A stretch of 64,000 nt of DNA from Octopus sinensis (taxonomy: Eukaryota). Position 1 is the first letter of the stretch; the number at the start of each line of letters is the position of its first letter. The notes under the pieces were generated by a model. That model did no database searches. It was given only the letters and a program-made list of their open reading frames with translations, and was not told the DNA's origin. The stretch is from positions 8,184,001 to 8,248,000 of the forward strand of contig NC_043021.1 in NCBI RefSeq assembly GCF_006345805.1, in the 5' to 3' direction. Below, in pieces: positions 51,601-62,022 of this stretch. Both the position numbers and the translations under genes were made by a program.

Positions 51601-54600
51601 CTTCAAGATCTTGATGGTGTAATTACTTAATGTAGAATAACATTGTAGGGTAGGTGTGAGAGCCTGGATCTGGTCAGTTTGAACATAAAACAGATTAACT
51701 ATTTTGGCCGGATATGGCCGGTTTAAATACTAAAGGGTTAAATGCTAAAGGGTTAGATAAAAGAAAATTTTTGATAATAGAGTAAAAAAAATACGAGAAA
51801 CAATTTTTTTGATTTATAATTGTAATAAGGATACAAGTAACGAGTAAAATTGAAACCAGGACACTGACGACAAAACGAACTCGTTTGATACAAACGGAGG
51901 TATCCTTGCCAGTTAGGAAATTTTGTACCCAGCAGTAGGCAGAGCCTATAGCAAAGGCTAAAAATGCACCAAAATAATGTGGAACTTTAGCATATCTTGC
52001 CTAAAATGTAAAAAAAAAAGGAAAATTAAAAAATCAATATTTTAAAGAATTTAGAAAAACATTCAATGACATAATTTCAAAATTTTCCTCCCCCTCACTC
52101 ACACGTTGACATAGAGTGAGTTGGTATTTAACTGTTAAAATTTCAACTTGAATAACTTCTTATCACAAGTCATTCAACTAGAGAGTTCGATTGGTACAAA
52201 TCTCTCTATGTTGTTGGAAACTAGTTCAGTAACCTGTGTTGTTCAAGAATACAGCGAAATTCTTCAAGGGCAATTTTATGAGTCACCGAGTTAATGTTCT
52301 CTTGTTTCTTCACTAAATTATTATTTCCAATTTTAAGTTCTGAGTTAAATATGGTCATCCTGACTTAACATTTGGTTTTTAATTGGTTAGCCATTCTGAG
52401 TAATTAACTACAATAATATTTCATTTTGAATATGCTAATTTATCATGTCTACTGGTGCATGATATTGTACATTTGCTCACTGATGTAAACTCATTGCAAC
52501 TTTGGCAAGAACAGTAAAGTTAATTTTTCACTGAGGAGGTCTAATAAGACTAAAACACATCAGAAGTTGTCTCCCTTATTGATGGAACATTTAAAATGAT
52601 ACTGGTTTCAAATCTTGGCAAAAGGCCTGCAATTTTGGGGTAGAGCAGTGGTTTTCAACCAGGGTTCCACCAGTACAGTCCAGGGGTTCTGCAAGAAGTT
52701 ACAAAACTGTTAAAATCGGCAGTAATTTTTAATTCTCCTGTGCAGATATGTGTGCATAAGACTATTAAATTATTGCACAGGGGTTCCTCGAGCCAGTGGA
52801 ATGTTTCCTTGGGGTTCCACTCCAGCAAAAAGTTTGAAAAGCACTGGGGTAGAGAATAAGTCAATTACATCAACTCCAGTGCATAACTGGTACTTATTTT
52901 ATCGACCCTGAAAGGATGAAAGGCAAAGTCAACCTCAGCGGAATTTGAACTCAGAATGTAAAGTACAGATGAAATATCGATAAGCATTTTGGCCAGTTTG
53001 CTAATGATTCTGCCAGAATGCAGCCCTTTTGTTTAAAGTAATATCAGCTGTTAAGATAATTTGTCTTTTCCTCACTATGATGATTAAATTTCTATTGAAC
53101 TGTTGATTTTCTTGCAGATGGCATTCTCTGCCTCCTCATTGAGCTCAAAGTCAGCTAACATTAAATAGACCAGCAGTTCAAAGACATTCCAGTCACAATC
53201 ATTCCATCTTGTTTTCAGGGACAGTGTATCAGGGTTCTTCTTCTTCTAACCGCTCAGTTGAAGTCAACTCTCGGTCAAGCGTTGGATCAGTGTCCTCCAG
53301 TCAGTTCTATCCTGCGCCGCTTCTTTCAGATTGGCTATGTCCATTCCGGTATCACTCTTGATGGTGTCAAGCCAGCGGGTTCTTAGTCGGCCTCTTCCTC
53401 TCTCGCCACTGACCATTCCGAGCATGATGTCCTTCTCCAGGGATTTTCTCCGCATAATATGACCGAAATATGCCAATCTATGCTTGGTGATCCTAGCTTC
53501 TAGCAACATTTTCGGCCTTATCTGCTTAAGAACTTTTCCATTGGTGAGCCTTGCTGTCCATGGAATCCGCAAAAGTCTTCTCCAACACCAAAGCTCAAAT
53601 GCATTAATTCTCTTCTGTTTTTTCTTAAAGATAATAAGGCATAATTTTTGGCTACTAAGCTTAGCAGGTTGAGCAACTAAATAGTAGAAGTTACATTTGA
53701 ATAACAGACCTAAGTGTTTTGTTTCTCCTAATATGAATATTTTTCTGTCTTAGATTGCCTCAGTCTGAAAGAAATGAGTACCAATGGCCTTCAGAAATGT
53801 CACTGCCAAAACAATGCCTATTTATCAATATGTTTTCACTTACAAAATGCTAAACAACAACAACATCATCCTACTCCTCCTTAACATCATCAACACTATC
53901 ATTATTTAATGTCCATTTTTCCATGCTTGTATGGGTCAGACAGAAATTGTCAAGGCAGATTTTCTATGACTGGATGCCTTTTCTGTTGCCAATCCTTACA
54001 TTTTTCCAGGCAAGGTAATATTTCCTATGGACAGACATGTTTTCAATGGAAAACTAGAAATGAACAATATTGCTTGGGCCTCTTTTAGTTTCTGTCAATT
54101 AAATCCATTCACAAGGCTTTGGTTGGCTTCAAGCTGTTGTAGATGACACTTGCCCAAGGTATTGGGTAGTGGTATGTTGGGCATATTGAGGGGTGCTGAA
54201 AATCCCTGGCTTTTAGGGTATCACAAAAGGCCTTCTGAGTTCTTTTATAGTGAGTGAATTTGAGAGGGGAATATGTTGAAACATAATTAACTGATACTCC
54301 TGTATTTTCTTTTACCCAGGGACTTTTGAGCACCCAGGTTCTACTAAATATAAAACCAATCATATTGAGATATCTTTCTGTTATAGTTATACCAATGTAA
54401 CAAGCTTTAACTTATTAAAAATGGAAATAAGCAATGAAACTTGCTGAAAAATATGAAGTATGAATGATTCTAAATTGAAATATTTCAATAGACAGAATTA
54501 ATAAAATAAGAACTTAAACTTTTAAAACAAATAACATTTTCTTTCTTTTTGTTTCACTACATTGTAAAAAAAAAAAATCAGCAAATTCAATAAATATTTC

Positions 54601-57600
54601 AAAAAATGTAATTAACAATGCTCATTAAGGGAAAATAATCAAATTTTGATAATTCTGTAACATACTCACATGGAAATTGCCAACCATACTGAGACCAAAA
54701 GCTGAGATGAGACCGAGTACAAGGCCAGCCTTATTAAGACGGTTCTCATTTGCTGATAAATTTTCATAACAAGCTTTTACTTGTAAGAAACGAATATAAG
54801 CATTGAAACCCACTAAAAAAGAAAAAGAAAAAAAAATGGAATGGTGATGAAAGGAAATATTTCAAGAGATGGAACTAAAAAAATAAAACAAAAAAGAAGA
54901 AAAAAATTCATCAAAATACACAAAATTGTAACAAAAAGTTTAAATAGAAATTTTTCCATCATAAACTTTTGAACATGTTTGTCTTTTGAGACATTTCATA
55001 AAAATCTATTTAGTTGCCATAGCAGCTTCATTTTGTTGTCCTATGTTCGAAAAATTATTTGAAAAAGCATTGAAACCACATGGTTCTGGGTTCAATCCCA
55101 CTGTTAGCACCTCGGGCAAGTGTCTTCTACTATAGCCTCGGGCTGACCAAAGCCTTGTGAGTGGATTTCATAGATGGAAACTGAACGAAGCCTGTTGTTT
55201 GTATATATATGTATGTGTGTGTCTGTGTTTGTTCCCCCACCATCACTTGACAGCCAATGCTGGTATGTTTACGTCCCCATAACTTAGCGGTTCAGCAAAA
55301 GACACTGATAGGATAAGTACTAGACTTACAAAGAATAAGCCCCGGAGTCGATTTATTTGACTAAAGGCGATGCTCCAGCATGGCCACAGTCAAATGACTG
55401 AAACAAATAAAAGAGTAAGAGAGTATGGAAAACTAAACTGAACATAGAAGGAGTAAAACCCAGAACTGATTGTTATTTCACCCAAAGCTGCAATACATCA
55501 AATATACAGCACTCTACTGTCAGCTCACTCATCATCATCATCATCATCGTTAACGTCCGTTTTTCATGCTAGCATGGGTTGGACGATTTGACTGCAAATC
55601 ACTGCACCAGGCTCCAATCTGATCTGGCAGAGTTTCTACAGCTGGATGCCCTTCCTAATGCCAAATATAATGCTAAATACAAATATGTAAGTGTGTCTGT
55701 ATAAAGCATCTTAATGAGTGTGATGCATATGACAGCCAGTGTATTTCTTAGTATAATGTTGAACAATGGGGGTCTTAAGAACTGTGAGAAAGGAAAATAA
55801 AAAGCAAGAGTCAAGGAACATCAACTTACACAAAAGAGCACCAATATTCAATGACTGCGAGAAGACCGATTTCTGTGGTTCGTCAACAGATGTGTAACTG
55901 AAAATTAAAGAAAGAAAAAGTAGAAAATATAATACAGGGAAAATTATTTATTTCCCACTGTTGTGATGAGAGTTACAACACCCCTTGCAAGAAATAGACT
56001 GGTCCGAGTAAAGTATAAATAGTAACGATCCGAGTGAGTTCGGAGTCGAGTGAAGTTTGTGTTAGTTTGCAACGAAGTCAGAAGGTGTCAGTTGGTTAGT
56101 TCACAAGGAATATTGATTGTTGGTTTGTAAAGAGATTTGTTAGTTTGTTACAGTGTTTTTACTGTTGTCTGGTTATCTTATTTATTGTACGTAATAAATT
56201 ACATTACAAAATCTGTCAATGAGGGTTTAGAAGCTCACATAGGTTATTTAACAATTTTGTTTGTGATACAACTTGTTAAGCAAGATTGCAAATCATGGTT
56301 GGATGAACAAAAAGTGAGATTGCTATAATGAAAATTAGTTCCATTGGAGCATGAACATTACTGTAATTTCATATTTCCCAAAAAACTCAATGAAATTTGT
56401 TTTAAAGAAACATATTCAGTGGTAAAACTTCTCTATTTAACACTTGAATGGAGTGTTGGAATATAATGTAAAAAAGAGAATGATGATTTTATCACATATG
56501 TAGGAACAGTCAACAGGATGTGTGAAAGCTTTTTACTGAAAGAACTTACACCTGAAATGTTCGAGTGTTTTATTTTCATACAAGGCCTTACAGTAAATGA
56601 AGATAAAGAAATTTGGGCAAGAATTCTTTCTAAATTGGAGGAACAAGTGAACCAAGATCTAACCTTACAGTCCGAGGCAGAAGAATGCCAAAAGATGGTA
56701 AACCTGAAACATGATGTAGAAAAAATTCAAGGAAAGGATTCCTCAAAAATACAGATATGCCGACTGGAAAAGTACAAACAAAAAAGAACGCCATATCCTA
56801 ATCTATGTGAGGGAATACAAATCAGAAAAGACTGTCCATTTAAAGATCAAAAATGTTACAATTGCAAAAGAATTGGTCACAAGAGTTCACACTGCAGAAC
56901 AAAATTGTGAAGGTCAAACTTTAAAAATCTTAGAGTGCTCTCAGCAGAAACAAAAATCGACTCCCAAATAAGAAAATTTGTGGATGTAAAAATAAATGAA
57001 ATACATATTAAACTTCAATTTGATACTGGAAGTGATATTTCAATAATAAATATGGACACATGGAAAAAATAAACCTATGTTGAGAAAAACAGTGAAATCT
57101 GCTTGTAACATAATGGGTGACAAATTACATTTCATAGGCGAAATATAGACTAATGACACATTTGAAGGGAAAACTTTCAAGGTGAAAGTCTTTGTCATTA
57201 AAAATGCAGCTGATCGATTTGGTACCGATTAGTTAGAATTATTCGATTAGTGGGACCTCTCCATAAATTTATTGTAAAAGTGTAAATGGCTATCTCTCTA
57301 AAAATAATTCATCTGAAGAGTTATCTCTTTTTTTTTACTTGTTTCAGTCATTTTGACTGCGGCCATGCTGGAGCACCGCCTTTAATCGAGCAAATCGACC
57401 CCAGGACTTATTCTTTGTAAGCCTAGTACTTATTCTATCGGTCTCTTTTGCCGAACCACTAAGTTACAGGGCCGTAAACACACCAGCATCGGTTGTCAAG
57501 CAATGTTGGGTGGACAAACACAGACACACACAAACACACACACATATATATATACATATACATATATATGATGGGCTTCTTTCAGTTTCCGTCTACCAAA

Positions 57601-60600
57601 TCCACTCACAAGGCTTTGGTCGGCCTGAGGCTATAGTAGAAGACACATGCCCAAGGTGCCACGCAGTGGGACTGAACCCGGAACCATGTGGTTGGTAAAC
57701 AAGCTACTTACCACACAGCCACTCCAGTTACCAAATTAAGATTCAATAACCCTCTTCAAGCCAAACTAAATCTGATATTGGAAACTTCAGAAGCTCTAAA
57801 AATAAGATCATGTTTTCTGATAAGACTAATAATTATTATGAGACCACCAATGACCTATATAATAAGTTACTGAATGACACCATTTCCACTAAATATAAGA
57901 AACCTAACATATTAATAATGAGGTAAAATTCTTATCTAAACATGGTAAAATTGCTGACAGATTAGAATACTTAGCAAAACGAGAAGCTTTCATTACTCTA
58001 AAAGTTCACAAACCTAATTTCACTTTTAAGCCTATATGTAGACTTTTAAACCCAGTGAGAACAGAAATTGGTTTAGTATAAAAAAAAAACAACAAAAAAA
58101 AAAAAAGGAAATATTAATATCAGAATAAGGAAAATTGTTAAGTACAGTAATGGGTTAATAGTAACACTATAACAGATTAGTTTAAAAATTCAATGGATAA
58201 GCAAGCATAGGGCTAGATTTACAGTTTGACATTGTAGATTTTTATCCCTCTATATTGAGTATACACGCAGCAAGTATAGATGGGCTGGACACGTCGCCTG
58301 GCTCACCGATAATCGGTGGACGCACGCAGTTGACGAGTGGTACCCGCGTGAGCGGAAAAGACCACCCGGAAGACCTCCACGACAGTGGAGTTACAATTTC
58401 AGGAGGACGATTGGGATCACGTGGATGAAAAAGGCGTGATCCAGAGAGGAGTGGACAGCGTGCTGTGACCAGCGGTGTCAAATGGACGCCTGACGGACTG
58501 GTCGATCAAAGTGATCAAAGTGATATTGAGATTATTGTCCAATAAGGCACTTAATTTCACAAAAGCATATGCTCATATAGACCACACGGACATAGACTTA
58601 GACTTTATAATGTGTGGGAGAAAAGTCCTTCAATTTAGTAAGGGCTCAGCATGAGCTAAAAAATCCAGTACAGATGAATTGTCCAATGTATCAATGGGAC
58701 TGTATGAGTATGGACATGTGATCTTAAAGGTCTCTTTATATTAAATACACTGACATCCAAGTTCTCATCCCACGATATTGGCCTATACTAGGATGATGGT
58801 TTGAGAATATCTCATGACTGTGATGGTCATATTCCTGATAAATTTATGAAAAGAACTCATCGATACCTTTAATCAATTAGGCCTGAAAAATCACTGTTAC
58901 AATTAATCTGTCCAATATTTACATTATTTACATTTGACGGATATTTGTCCCCTTCTTAAATCTTCAGATTTATAAGCTCTAAAATTAATTCCATAATTGC
59001 CCACGGGCATATGACGTAGTGGTTAAGAGTGCGGGCTACTAACCCCAAGATTCTGAGTTCGATTCTAAGCAGTGACCTGAATAATAATAATATCGAAAAA
59101 TACCTTAGGAATGAGAACCCAGGTTTGAAATTTCCCCCAAGACACCTAATGAAGGATGGAGAATATATCAGCCAAAACGTTCTGTTAACAACAAACAAGA
59201 TGAGGACAAATATCCGTCAAATGTACATAATTCTTCGTCTCTTAAATACAGTAAGAAGATTTGTTTACAATTTCAAACAACAAGAATAGCAACAGGTGTC
59301 TTTTGACTAAAAGGACAAGTTAAGTTTAGCTGGCATGTGAAGTGAAAGCCTTATGACGACAAACATAGATGAAAGTCAGGAGACAGGAAAATAAGGTGTT
59401 GTGCGAGTGGCGGTCAGGCCAAGAAAGAAAGATCATGCTTGGCTGAGCACCAAGCATGTGGAAAGAACACAGAGAGGTAGGGACCAGAGGGATTGAAGTA
59501 TTAGGGAAGGATGTTCATGTTGTTGCACATATTCACATGCTTTCTTCCAAAAATTTGGGGTTTTGTGCTTATGCCTTCTCATAGGTCTACTAGTCACACA
59601 GGTTGTGCTGTGGGGGAGAATTACTTGCTAGTAGGTTGGTGCTAAGTTTATTAAGGTTGATAGAATTATTAAGGTTCTGAGAGTTATCATTATTAAATTT
59701 GGGGTGGTTACAGGGATTATTGTGGAGGCACATGGCCTAGTGGTTAGAGCAGCGGACTCGCGGTTGAGGGATTGCAGGTTCGGATCTTAGACAGGGCAAT
59801 GTGTGTGTTTATGAGCGAAACACCTAAGCTCCACGCGGCTCCGGCAGAAGGTAATGGCGAAACTTCTGCTGACTTTCGCCACAACTTTCTCTCACTCTTT
59901 CCTCCTGCATCTAGCAGCTCACCTGCGACGGATTGGTGTCCCATACACTGGTGTCCCATCCAGGTGGGGAACCTATATGCCAAGGAAACCGGGAAACCGG
60001 GCCCTTATGAGCCAGGCGTGGCTTGAGAAGGAACAAACATAGGGATTTTTATTTTTATTCTTACTATTACTGCTATTGTTGTTATTGTTACTTCTATCTA
60101 AATACAAAATGTCTATTTTTTTATTATTTAGGGAGGAAATGACGCATGAGGCTATAACCTATCCTTATTACTCTACAATTAATAAGTTTTGAATACCTGC
60201 TACTCTTATCAAAGTGCTTATTTAAAATGTTAAAATTTAGTTTAGCTAAGTCAGTTTTTATTTGCATAGCACATGGGAGTATGAGCCAATTAATGTCACT
60301 CATTTCTCAATTATCTTGACGAATGACACAAATTAATTGCTGTCAGAGTGATGCACGTGGTGTATATGCTTATTAGTAGTGGAGGCGCAATGGCCCAGTG
60401 GTTAGGGCAGCGGACTCGCGGTCGTAGGATCGCGGTTTCGATTCCCAGACCGGGCGTTGTGAGTGTTTATTGAGCGAAAACACCTAAAGCTCCACGAGGC
60501 TCCGGCAGGGGATGGTGGTGATCCCTGCTGTACTCTTTCACCACAACTTTCTCTCACTCTTACTTCCTGTTTCTGTTGTACCTGTATTTCAAAGGGCCAG

Positions 60601-61320
60601 CCTTGTCACTCTCTGCGTGATGCTGAATATCCCCGAGAACTACGTTAAAGGTACACGTGTCTGTGGAGTGCTCAGCCACTTACACGTTAATTTCATGAGC
60701 AGGCTGTTCCGTTGATTCGGATCAACCGGAACCCTCGTCGTCGTAACCGACGGAGTGCTTCCATGCTTATTAGCATTAATCTTATTACGTAAGCTGTATG
60801 CGTAAATACTGCCATCAGAGGTGCTAGGACCTGGTTTCTGCATATAATGCTTTGAGTTATTGCTGTAGTCAACGTGATTAGTAAATTTATTGGCATTATT
60901 CATAATTTACCTAGTACTCCTTGTTTTATTATTAGTTGTATTTCTATTATTATTGATGTTCTTCTTGGTGTTGAAAGTTCCATTTATGTTAGTGTCATGT
61001 ACTATAAGTTTCTGAGCTTCATTATTTAATTTAGAGATATTTCTATGTTTTGTGTTATTGCTATCAAGGTTGCAAATATCGCTCCAATACAGTGTATTGC
61101 TATGTGGGATATATTTAATTTTACCTTTGTAACCTGCATCTTCAAGTGATTTATTATACTTATATTTATGTTTATTGAATAAGTCCTCATTAGAAGAGAG
61201 ATAAGAAATTCTTTTACTCATGCCTTTTATAAGAGAATTTTTATAGATTGTGGATGATTACTTTGATAGTTTGTATATTTTAAGTTAGATTTAGGTTTCA
61301 TGTAACGTTGGTGTATATAG

Positions 61321-61363
<43 letters not shown>

Positions 61364-61952
61364 AGGTAAGAAAATGGAGAAATACATCTAAATCAAATAT
61401 CAATTACCAGATAATACTCAATCACATACTTTATTAAACCACCACATAAGAGACTGTAGGGTTAAACATAAAAAAAACAGAACAAATCAGTACACATAAA
61501 GGAATGTACATAAAAAAGTGTACATAAAAGAGTAATGTTGTATAATAAGTAGAATATATATAAAAAAGAGAATATTCTCTTTTATATATATTCTACTTAT
61601 TATACAACATTACTCTTTTATGTACACTTTTTTATGTACATTCCTTTATGTGTACTGATTTGTTCTGTTTTTTTTATGTTTAACCCTACAGTCTCTTATG
61701 TGGTGGTTTAATAAAGTATGTGATTGAGTATTATCTGGTAATTGATATTTGATTTAGATGTATTTCTCCATTTTCTTATCTTGTATTAGTAATTTGTGGT
61801 AAATCATTTTACCTTTGCCCATATAATACAGTAAATGAATTGATTGCATCGCAATCCTTAACATTTATGTATTAACTTTGTTAGGTACTTCACTAGCAGT
61901 ATATTGGATATATGTTATCCCATGGAGGGTTGCATTTACAACCCCTATCTCA

Positions 61953-62022
<70 letters not shown>

